From Chloroflexota bacterium (GTDB lineage Bacteria > Chloroflexota > Anaerolineae > Anaerolineales > Anaerolineaceae), in NCBI GenBank assembly GCA_021825925.1, contig JAKAFP010000007.1, forward strand, positions 176,515 to 208,514: a DNA stretch of 32,000 nt, written 5' to 3'. Shown here in pieces: positions 17,886-26,201 of this stretch. The translations under genes and the position numbers were made by a program. Each line of letters starts with the position of its first letter. Position 1 is the stretch's first letter. Under the pieces are notes generated by a model. The model was not told the DNA's origin and did not search any database. It saw only the letters and a program-made list of their open reading frames with translations.

Positions 17886-19109
17886 CTAACCCGGATTATT
17901 CTCCATCGGGATAGAAGAAGACATTCTGTTCTTCCCTTTTAGGGAGAAAACCAATCCCAAAGCCACCGCAGCGGAGCTGGCCCATAAAAGGAACGGTGCA
18001 CCAGACCAATATGCAGCCAGGCTGTTACCCAGTGCCGGTTCCACTGCCATCCCAATGCCGCTTACACCGTTAATGAACCCTGAAGCCGTGCCTGCATAGG
18101 CAGCCCCGACGCCTTTGGACTCCATAACCGAGGTGTATACCATCGCCATGAAACCATCCCGCATAAAACCGGCCAACAGTACTGCTGCATAGACCAGATT
18201 GCCCTTGGCAAAACTCATCATGCCAATGCCTGAAAGGATCATCACCGATGCGATCACCATCACCTTTTTGCGGGAACCCAAACGGTCAGACCACAATGCA
18301 ATGGGCAATACAAATATCATGCTGACCAAATGAAAAGTTGAAAGCGCCCCATCCGCCTTCACCCCTGTCCAGCCGATCTCACGCAAATGCAGCGGCAGAA
18401 AACCCAGGGTGCCTTGAATGGCGCCAGCCATGCAAAACAACACCAGGCCGATCATCCATACATTTTTTAGTCTGATGACATGATTGATGGATTGCAGCAT
18501 GCTGATCTTTTGACTTGAATTAACAGTTGGCATGGGGGCTGAACGTGTGAAAAACCAGAGGATGCTTAACGATGCTCCACAAATTCCATACAGCATCAAT
18601 ACTTGCCGCCATCCCCCCAAGAGAGGTGATAACACCGATGCACTTAACATGGACCCCAAGAAAAAACCCAGTGCCATCCCCATGGAAAGAAATCCGTTGG
18701 CCAGCCCTAATTGGGAAGTAGGGAACCACTGCCCCACAGTTTTAATTCCGTTGAGCGTTATAAAAGGGGTGATAGCGCCCAGCAAGACCACGATCACCAA
18801 CAAAACACCATAACTGGGAGCCAGACCGCGTGCGGCGCCTAATAATCCCACCACCAGACTGCTGACGATCAACATCTTTTTGGGACCGAATTTATCGCCT
18901 GCTGCTCCACCCAGCAAACTGGTGATGATGGCCGGTAACGATCCGATCCCCCAAATGATACCCACCTGAACGACGTTAAGATGAAGGTCACTTGAAATTT
19001 CCTTTGAAAGCACTGACATCCCCATGGTTGGCATGGCTGAACAAAGGATATTGGTTAATAAGGTCAAACCTAATAAATACCATCGATACTTGCTATATGT
19101 TCTATCCAT
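17886..19109 (-). CDS. Major facilitator superfamily transporter (paralog)
   Basis: Strong full-length similarity to 16501-17727 (for example VVQVGIIWGIGSLPA, ALWSDRLGSRKKVM). Start refined to the ATG at 19109 (MDRTYSKYRWYLLG), aligned with the paralog start. Confidence 0.92.
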   Translation of the reverse strand: MDRTYSKYRWYLLGLTLLTNILCSAMPTMGMSVLSKEISSDLHLNVVQVGIIWGIGSLPAIITSLLGGAAGDKFGPKKMLIVSSLVVGLLGAARGLAPSYGVLLVIVVLLGAITPFITLNGIKTVGQWFPTSQLGLANGFLSMGMALGFFLGSMLSASVLSPLLGGWRQVLMLYGICGASLSILWFFTRSAPMPTVNSSQKISMLQSINHVIRLKNVWMIGLVLFCMAGAIQGTLGFLPLHLREIGWTGVKADGALSTFHLVSMIFVLPIALWSDRLGSRKKVMVIASVMILSGIGMMSFAKGNLVYAAVLLAGFMRDGFMAMVYTSVMESKGVGAAYAGTASGFINGVSGIGMAVEPALGNSLAAYWSGAPFLLWASSAAVALGLVFSLKGKNRMSSSIPMENNPG

Positions 19110-19152
19110 CTTAACTTTCTCAACCTGTTGCAACAATAATAATGAAATCGGT

Positions 19153-19166
19153 CAATAATAACATTG
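19153..19166 (-). promoter_or_regulatory. CAAT-N6-ATTG site upstream of the second MFS gene, shared with the first
   Basis: GGTCAATAATAACATTGTTTA here versus GGTCCAATAATATCATTGTTTA upstream of the paralog, at near-identical distance from the start codon. Confidence 0.5.
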
Positions 19167-19265
19167 TTTAAGCCATTTTCCACACCAAATCTCACAAGAT
19201 GGAACTGGGTTTTGATTTTTAATTATTGGATGATGACTTGAAACTAATACTCATCTGCCTATTGT

Positions 19266-19326
19266 AAAAACGACAAATACCCTTAAAATGATATTAATTG
19301 TCGTTTTTATACGTTGACGTTTTTAT
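19266..19326 (+). repeat. Motif TTGWCGTTTTT in three copies (one inverted) upstream of the 19342 gene
   Basis: AAAAACGACAA 19266-19276 is the perfect complement of TTGTCGTTTTT 19298-19308 (21-nt spacer); variant TTGACGTTTTT at 19314-19324. Confidence 0.6.
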
Positions 19327-19341
19327 GGTGATGGAGGAAAT

Positions 19342-20496
19342 ATGAAAAGGTCCTTAAAAGTGGTTCTTCAGCTATCTGTAATTCTTGCCTTGATCTTGAC
19401 TGGTTGTAATTTACCCCGCCCTAATGCTGCAAATCGAACTGAGACCCCCAATCCCATCCCAATCACAGAAGCACCGCAGGTTCAAGAAACCTCGGCAGCT
19501 ATACCGACGGAGGCACCTGTTCAAGAAACTGCCGCGACAACAGAGGCAGTTTTACCCACAGAAAGCCCTGCAGTTGTTGAAACCGAGGCTCCCATCACCC
19601 ATACCCTGACACCCGGCGACCCGGTCTGGAATCCTGATCAAATTACAACAGACTGCAATACAGGCGTCCGGATGCCGGCAGGTTCAACCCAGGTGATCAT
19701 CTCGGGATGTGATTACTGGAACCGCGAGATGATCGAACGTCCAGCCGATAGTGCCACAGGCACTTACGTCCCCGCCTTGGATATTATCTGGTCACAGGCA
19801 GGCAAATATGAACCCTGGATTTTCCTGAAGGTGAATGTCAGCAGCCTTGCCCAGGCTCCACAAGACCTCAAGGCCGGTTTTGAACTGGATCCCGACCTCG
19901 ACAGCCGCGGTGAATTCCTGGTTACCACCAACCTGCCGAAATCAACGACCTGGAGCACCGATGGGGTGCAGGTCTGGCAGGACACCAACCAGGATAACGG
20001 AGGCGTGACCCCCTTCCATTACGATCAGAATAACGGCGATGGATACGAGACCCTGCTCTTTGACAGCGGCAAAAGTGACGACCCTGACCTGGCCTGGAGC
20101 CGGATCTCACCCAAGAATCCCAACAATATCGAATTTGCCTTTAAAGCCAGTGTGCTGCCCAATCAAAAGGTGTTTGGCTGGTGGCCTTGGGTGGGGTTGC
20201 AGCCGCTCACTGCCGACAAATTTGAGCTGGTTGACCGCGCAGATGAAACCCAAACCTGGAATGTGGATAATTCCTGCTCGTGGATCTTCGGCACAAAACC
20301 AAAACCGGAGCAGTTGATCAACCTGTGTGCCGTTGCCGAACCTACACCCTCACCGGAGCCGACCTCGCAACCGGGCGTCCCCGGCACCTGTGTCGTCAAA
20401 CCTTGCGGATTCCTGCAGTACTTTGATACCTCTTCGTGTTCCTGCAAGAGGTTCTTCTTCTACATTCCTACCCCAACACCCTACATAATTTATTAA
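19342..20496 (+). CDS. Lipoprotein of unknown function with Pro/Thr/Glu-rich linkers and short Cys-rich C-terminus
   Basis: 384 aa; LSVILALILTGC lipobox; low-complexity TEAP/ETPAV segment; folded middle domain (DPVWNPDQITTDCNTGVRMPAGSTQVIISG...); C-terminal CVVKPCGFLQYFDTSSCSCKRF. RBS ATGGAGGAAAT. Confidence 0.8.
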   Translation: MKRSLKVVLQLSVILALILTGCNLPRPNAANRTETPNPIPITEAPQVQETSAAIPTEAPVQETAATTEAVLPTESPAVVETEAPITHTLTPGDPVWNPDQITTDCNTGVRMPAGSTQVIISGCDYWNREMIERPADSATGTYVPALDIIWSQAGKYEPWIFLKVNVSSLAQAPQDLKAGFELDPDLDSRGEFLVTTNLPKSTTWSTDGVQVWQDTNQDNGGVTPFHYDQNNGDGYETLLFDSGKSDDPDLAWSRISPKNPNNIEFAFKASVLPNQKVFGWWPWVGLQPLTADKFELVDRADETQTWNVDNSCSWIFGTKPKPEQLINLCAVAEPTPSPEPTSQPGVPGTCVVKPCGFLQYFDTSSCSCKRFFFYIPTPTPYIIY

Positions 20497-20594
20497 TCCA
20501 CATAATCAAGAGGCTGCCTGAAAATCAGGCAGCCTCTCAATAAATAATTTGGCTTTGACACCAAGGTCATGTGCAACCGCATGGTATCAGAATC

Positions 20595-22655
20595 CTAATT
20601 GGGTGTCTGATCCGCTTTGATCTTGAGAAACACTGGAACAAGGTCCGGGTCAAAATGAGTGCCGCTGCTTTGGATGATATGTTGAAAGATCTTCGCTGTC
20701 TGCCATGCGGCACGGTATGGGCGGTCGCTCGAAAGCGCATCCCAAACATCAACGATCGAGAACAACCTGGCCGCGATGGGAATATCGTTTCCTTTTAAAC
20801 CACGTGGATACCCTGACCCATCCCATTTTTCATGGTGGCAGTATGGGATATCAATGGCTTTATTGAGATATTTAATCCCTGAGAGCAGATGCAAGGCGGT
20901 TTCTGGATGCTGCTTCATGATCACCCATTCTGCATCTGTCAACGGCCCTGGTTTTAACAAGATCTGATCGGGCACCCCTATTTTGCCAATGTCATGCAAT
21001 AAAGCGCCGCGCCGAATATTGATAATATCACTTTGACTGATTCCCAGTTTTTGCGCAAACTGAACAGTGATCTCGGTCACGCGCAAGGTATGACCTTCAG
21101 TTTCTTTGTCTCGAAGATCAAGCGCCTTTGACCAGCCTTCAATGGTTGAATCATAGGCCATTTGTAGTTCAAGATTCGAGTTGATTAAACTTTCAAAAGT
21201 CTCCGCATTTTCTATCGCGATGGCGGCCTGCCCACCTAGAGTCTCAAGAAAATCAAGCCAGTCTTGTTCAGGTGGTTTGCTGCTCTTATTAAATACTTCC
21301 AAAACCCCCCTGACTACCCCTTTGGATATGATGGGAACACCCCAATAGGATTTAAAACCTTCCTTAGCCCACTCGCGTGGAACATCCACCTCTGTCAGAT
21401 CAATGTTAAGTGTTTTTTGTTCCCTGACCACTCGCATCGTAGTCAGATTGCCATACTCACCTTCATCATGCAAAACATTTTGGAACCCTGTTTTTGCTGC
21501 AACTTTCATTTCATTGGAAAACTTCTCGACTAAAATAACGTCCGCTGCAAAAACATTTAATTGCGACATTACATTTGACAATAAAATGCTCAAAGTTAAT
21601 GACAAGTCTGAACTGCTATTGATTGACATGTCAATTTGGTGCAGTGAAGCCAACCGCTTCATTTGAATTTGTAACTGGTTTTGATTGATCCGGTTAGTAA
21701 TTGATATTGCCAGGTTATGCGTCAAAGTGAATAATATTTGTTCATCTTCTTCAGAAAAGCCTACCGGTTGAGTACTAAATAACCCCAACACGCCAAACAA
21801 TTGATTGTCGTATTGAACGGGCATATAAAGCAGTGACTGAACCCCCTCTAATCCTTCCTGCCACTCAGGATCTTCCTGAACAGCATCTATCATGACGGCG
21901 GCTTTACTTTTAATGCAACGTCCTAACAACCCAAATCCGCTACCCCTGTGATCCTTCATTTCCATTTTAAATTGAGTCACTGATTGTTCATCAAATCCTA
22001 CTGAATCAAAACTGACAATGTCCGAGTTTTCTAGTCTAAAATATGCCGCTTTTTCATAACCGGCGTTTTCAGTTAATGTATTTAGAACCTTGAATACAGA
22101 TTCCTCGTAGGGTTTATGCAGGTTAAAAATAGTGCTCGAAAAATATAAGGCGAAAAGGCGTGCATTTGTCTTTTTTAATTGAAGCATTTTGTGTTCAAGT
22201 TTTCTAACCAGCACATCGTTATATTCACGCAAGAATTGATCTTCATCTGCAGGTCCTTCTGGCTGGTTTGGTAGTTCATTACGTTCATGAGAATCAAGCA
22301 GCTCTTTGATCGCCAGTAATATCGCATCAGGTTCCATGGGTTTGATAAAGAAACGATCCGCACCAAGGCTTAACGCAAATTCCTTGTCTTTTTCTTCGGT
22401 ATAAGTAGCCGTATAGAAGATGAACGGAATATTTTTTAATTTATCGTCCATCCGCCATTTTTTACATAACGTAAACCCATCCATTTTTGGCATTAAGATG
22501 TCACTGATGATCACATCAGGCGGGTTGACTCTGGCCTTCTCAAAGGCTTCGGCTCCATCAGAAGCCTGGGTGACCTCATAGCCATTGGTTCCCATGAGCA
22601 CTTCGAGCAGATATAAATTTTGAGGATTATCATCAACGATCAGAATGTTTGGCAT
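20595..22655 (-). CDS. Receiver-GAF(s)-HD-GYP response regulator (putative c-di-GMP phosphodiesterase)
   Basis: 686 aa; receiver NILIVDDNPQNLYLLEVL...DVIISDILMPKMDGF; GAF-like regions; LLHDIGKIGVPD and HHEKWDGSGYPRGLKG HD-GYP motif. Confidence 0.95.
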   Translation of the reverse strand: MPNILIVDDNPQNLYLLEVLMGTNGYEVTQASDGAEAFEKARVNPPDVIISDILMPKMDGFTLCKKWRMDDKLKNIPFIFYTATYTEEKDKEFALSLGADRFFIKPMEPDAILLAIKELLDSHERNELPNQPEGPADEDQFLREYNDVLVRKLEHKMLQLKKTNARLFALYFSSTIFNLHKPYEESVFKVLNTLTENAGYEKAAYFRLENSDIVSFDSVGFDEQSVTQFKMEMKDHRGSGFGLLGRCIKSKAAVMIDAVQEDPEWQEGLEGVQSLLYMPVQYDNQLFGVLGLFSTQPVGFSEEDEQILFTLTHNLAISITNRINQNQLQIQMKRLASLHQIDMSINSSSDLSLTLSILLSNVMSQLNVFAADVILVEKFSNEMKVAAKTGFQNVLHDEGEYGNLTTMRVVREQKTLNIDLTEVDVPREWAKEGFKSYWGVPIISKGVVRGVLEVFNKSSKPPEQDWLDFLETLGGQAAIAIENAETFESLINSNLELQMAYDSTIEGWSKALDLRDKETEGHTLRVTEITVQFAQKLGISQSDIINIRRGALLHDIGKIGVPDQILLKPGPLTDAEWVIMKQHPETALHLLSGIKYLNKAIDIPYCHHEKWDGSGYPRGLKGNDIPIAARLFSIVDVWDALSSDRPYRAAWQTAKIFQHIIQSSGTHFDPDLVPVFLKIKADQTPN

Positions 22656-22676
22656 TTTTGTTTCCTCGTAAGTGCA

Positions 22677-23039
22677 CTATAAAAATTGTTGCACTTCCTT
22701 CATAAAAGTATCAGGATTGATCGGTTTTTCAATATAACCTGTACAACCTGATTCAAGCGCTTTCTCTCGATCACCGCTCATGGCATAAGATGTCACTGCG
22801 ATCATCGGTATTTCCTTCAGTTTATCCACTTCACGGATCATTCTGGCAATGGCATAACCATCCAACTCAGGCAATTGAATGTCCAACAGGATCAGATCAA
22901 TTGGATTTTCTTTCGCCAGTGTCAACCCTTCTCTGCCTGTCTGCGCCTGAAGCACATGGTAATCATGCCGCTCAAGAATAAAAGTGACCAGGTACATATT
23001 TTGTTCGTTATCCTCGATCACCAGTATGGTTTTACTCAT
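22677..23039 (-). CDS. Single-domain response regulator (receiver)
   Basis: About 120 aa from MSKTILVIEDNEQNMYLVTFILERHDYHVLQA...DLILLDIQLPELDGY...AVTSYAM...YIEKPI. Start refined to the ATG at 23039 (GGAG upstream). Confidence 0.94.
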   Translation of the reverse strand: MSKTILVIEDNEQNMYLVTFILERHDYHVLQAQTGREGLTLAKENPIDLILLDIQLPELDGYAIARMIREVDKLKEIPMIAVTSYAMSGDREKALESGCTGYIEKPINPDTFMKEVQQFL

Positions 23040-25398
23040 TTTCACTCCGTTGTAAGGGCAAGGTAAAAATGAATTCACTCCCCTTCCCTAATTCGCTTTC
23101 GACCCAAATGCTTCCGCCCAGAAGTTCCACCAGACGTTTACAGATGGATAGTCCCAATCCCGTTCCTTCGTATTTTCTCGTTAAACCGGTATCAATCTGC
23201 TTGAAAGGCATAAACAAGGTCTGAATATTTTCCCTTGTAATCCCAATGCCAGTATCTTTGATCGAAATGCGAAGATACTTGCCATCTATTTTGCTATTAA
23301 GCACCACCTCACCGGATTCAGTGAATTTCACGGCATTATTCAGTAAATTGATTAAGATTTGCTCCACTCTGCGTTTGTCGCTGGTCAGGGTAAGCAGTCC
23401 ATGTTCCACATTTTTAGTCAGTCTCAATCCCTTGGTTATTGCCATGGGTTGGATCTTTTCGATGCATTGGCTGAACACCTGGGTTACTTCAAACGCTTCC
23501 TCGGCGATCGTTACTTGATCGGCTTCTATCTTCGAGATATCCAGCACATCATTGATCAGATTTAAAAGATGAAGAGCGCTGGATTGCACCATTTTGAGTT
23601 GTTTTTCTTGTTCAGCGCTAAGTGGACCAACCAGTTTTTGCAACAAAATCCCTGTAAAACCAATAATAGAATTGAGGGGTGTTCTTAATTCATGCGACAT
23701 GGTCGCTAAAAATGCGGATTTCAGTTTATCGGCTGACTCCGCTTTGGCAACTGCCACCTTCAATTCCTCAACTTTTTTTCGTTCGGTTATATCCGTGATG
23801 GTTCCAATGTAACCGATCAACTCGTTCCTTGCGTTGTATTCAGGAACAGCCTGACCGATGACCCAAACCACGGATCCATCTGCACGGATGAACCGGTAGT
23901 CTGCAGTGGAGGCGTTCGAAAGGGACGTAACGATTTCCCAGTTCTTTGCCAGCATCTCTTTATCATCAGGATGGACTGCATTCAGCCAACCATCTCCGAG
24001 CGCCTCTTCATATGTCAGACCAGAGATCTTGCTCCAGGTATTATTGACAAAAGTGGTTTTTCCTTCAATATCAGTACGGAAAATACCGACCGGGGAAACC
24101 CGGGTGAGCGTTTCATACCTGGTTTCACTTTCTTTTAGTTCTTTATCCGCTTTTTTCCGATCTGTAATATTTCTGACAAAAGCGATCACCTTATCATTTT
24201 CACAAGCAATGAATCGCGATTCATAATTTCGCATCTCACCATATACAGGCAGCTCAAATTCAAATAATTGAACTTCGTGACTGCTGATCGTCTTTTTAAT
24301 AATGCCCAGGAATTTTTGTTGCAGATCATCAGGCAGATCTTTAAATACCTGTTGATCTATGGGAGTCGCCCAATTTTGGATCAAAGTCTCCCCGCTCGAT
24401 GGATGGTAATCCAAAAGGTCCCCTTCTGGGGTTAGCCATAACACATGGTCAGGGTTATTTACGAACAACGACCGGTAATGTGATTCACTTTCCTTTAATT
24501 GCTTGGTTTGACGAGAGACTTGGATCCTTGATGTAACGCTCACCGCAAAAAGAAAAAAGAGAACTCCCAGTGTTACAAAAGCAACCTGCGGCACCCAGGG
24601 GGGGATTTTTTCGGTAACCATCCCGGTGGATTTGATGCCAAAATAGGTATCGAGTGCCTGATAATAAACTGATCCTTCATCCGACTTGATCAATTTGAGG
24701 TCTGTATCAATGTGTGTCATTAAATATGAGGTTAAAGGTCCATCTTTTGGAAAGGCAAAAGTCAATTGAGTGGGTTGAATGATGATGGGAGTTTTTACCA
24801 ATTGATATTGCTGTTCATTTAAATCACCAAAATCTTTATTGGTAACGCCGGCATCTGCTTTTCCAGTTTGTATTGCCTTAAAAACTTCTGCATAACTGGC
24901 ATATCCTTTAAAAGTGGCGGTTACACCAAATTTATCAGTAAGCGCTTTGATGCCTTCTGGACCGTCAAAATTCAAAGCCCCATCCAGACCGGCAATCGTT
25001 TTTCCTTCAAGGTCAAGTATGGTTTGGATTCCAGTGTCTTTGGCCACATATATTCTGGCCCAACTGGTAAGCACGGTTTCTTGTGAAAATGAGAAAATTT
25101 CTTTTCTCGCATCTGTCACCCCCACGTCCACCATCATGTCAATCTCGTTCTTTTGCAAATGATCCAGACACTCTTCCCAAGTTCCTTTCACCCACACGAT
25201 TTGCCAGTTTTCTCGCTGGGCGATATCACTAAGGATGGCAGGCCAAAACCCATCCATAGTGCCATCTTCACCGGAATAAATCTTGGGGGGATTCTCGTAC
25301 GCACCCACCCTGATCTGCCGTGGAGAGTCTTGGAATGCTGCCGCGGTTGACAATAAAACCAATATTAAAAAGAAAGCAATTACAGTCTTTCTACTCAT
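23032..25398 (-). CDS. Sensor histidine kinase with extracytoplasmic SBP_bac_3-type domain and PAS domains
   Basis: N-terminal IRVGAYENPPKIYSGEDGTMDGFWPAILSDIAQRENWQIVWVKGTWEECLDHLQKNEIDMMVDV is solute-binding family 3; TM; PAS/PAC repeats; HisKA AFLATMSHELRTPLNSIIGFT; HATPase NLLNNAVKFTE...GTGLGLSICKRL. Confidence 0.95.
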   Translation of the reverse strand: MSRKTVIAFFLILVLLSTAAAFQDSPRQIRVGAYENPPKIYSGEDGTMDGFWPAILSDIAQRENWQIVWVKGTWEECLDHLQKNEIDMMVDVGVTDARKEIFSFSQETVLTSWARIYVAKDTGIQTILDLEGKTIAGLDGALNFDGPEGIKALTDKFGVTATFKGYASYAEVFKAIQTGKADAGVTNKDFGDLNEQQYQLVKTPIIIQPTQLTFAFPKDGPLTSYLMTHIDTDLKLIKSDEGSVYYQALDTYFGIKSTGMVTEKIPPWVPQVAFVTLGVLFFLFAVSVTSRIQVSRQTKQLKESESHYRSLFVNNPDHVLWLTPEGDLLDYHPSSGETLIQNWATPIDQQVFKDLPDDLQQKFLGIIKKTISSHEVQLFEFELPVYGEMRNYESRFIACENDKVIAFVRNITDRKKADKELKESETRYETLTRVSPVGIFRTDIEGKTTFVNNTWSKISGLTYEEALGDGWLNAVHPDDKEMLAKNWEIVTSLSNASTADYRFIRADGSVVWVIGQAVPEYNARNELIGYIGTITDITERKKVEELKVAVAKAESADKLKSAFLATMSHELRTPLNSIIGFTGILLQKLVGPLSAEQEKQLKMVQSSALHLLNLINDVLDISKIEADQVTIAEEAFEVTQVFSQCIEKIQPMAITKGLRLTKNVEHGLLTLTSDKRRVEQILINLLNNAVKFTESGEVVLNSKIDGKYLRISIKDTGIGITRENIQTLFMPFKQIDTGLTRKYEGTGLGLSICKRLVELLGGSIWVESELGKGSEFIFTLPLQRSENE

Positions 25399-25517
25399 CG
25401 TTTCCACCTTTAATAAACCTGAGCGAACACTGTACTACTTGAGTATAGCAATTATTTCGATTTTTAATGTATAGAGAAATGGAAAAAAGATTTACAAAAA
25501 TGTGATTAACAGTCGTC

Positions 25518-26201
25518 TTAAACCTTCAATCTATAACCAACACCAGACTCAGTATGGATGTATGTTGGTCTTGAAGGATCTGGTTCAAGTTTATGTCTCA
25601 GGTTGCTTACGTTGACCCGCAAAATGTGCAAGTCCTCATAACCTTCCCCCCAGACTAACTTTAAAAGCTGTCTATTGGTGAGTACTTTTCCGGCATTGAC
25701 CACCAGTGAACGTAAAATCTCATATTCTGTCGGGGTAAGTTGAACCTCAGTTCCATTCAAGGTGACAAGCCTATTGGCCAGATCCACCATCAACCCGCCA
25801 AAAGTAAAAATCGGTTCAGAATTGCTGCCACTCTGACGTCGCAATACCGTTCTTATTCTGGCCAATAATTCACCCACCCCAAAGGGTTTGGTTAAATAAT
25901 CATCTGCACCGGCATCCAAGGCCGCTATTTTGTCATCCTCCTGTTCGCGCACCGAGAGGATTATGATGGGTATTTGCGACCATTCACGCGTTCGCCGGGT
26001 GACCTCGATTCCATCCATGTCCGGCAATCCCAAATCAAGAATCACCAGATCCGGACGATTGATGGTGATCGCTTGCAATGCCGCCTGGCCTGTATTGGCT
26101 TCACTGACAATGAATCCTTGACCATTCAACGCAACTCTTAAAAAGCGTTGGATCGCAATTTCATCATCAACCACCAATACTTTCAATCCAAATAGGGTCA
26201 T
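25518..26201 (-). CDS. kdpE: KdpE-like response regulator
   Basis: 227 aa OmpR-family regulator (VLVVDDEIAIQRFLRVALNGQGFIV...GADDYLTKPFGVGELLARIRTVLRR...YIHTESGVGYRLKV); start overlaps the kdpD stop. Confidence 0.93.
   Translation of the reverse strand: MTLFGLKVLVVDDEIAIQRFLRVALNGQGFIVSEANTGQAALQAITINRPDLVILDLGLPDMDGIEVTRRTREWSQIPIIILSVREQEDDKIAALDAGADDYLTKPFGVGELLARIRTVLRRQSGSNSEPIFTFGGLMVDLANRLVTLNGTEVQLTPTEYEILRSLVVNAGKVLTNRQLLKLVWGEGYEDLHILRVNVSNLRHKLEPDPSRPTYIHTESGVGYRLKV

Noticed and set aside
14187-19109. A single hgcAB-pirin-MFS operon or island
   Set aside because: The terminator at 15502-15533 separates hgcB from the pirin gene, and the MFS genes are on the opposite strand. Any functional link is speculative.
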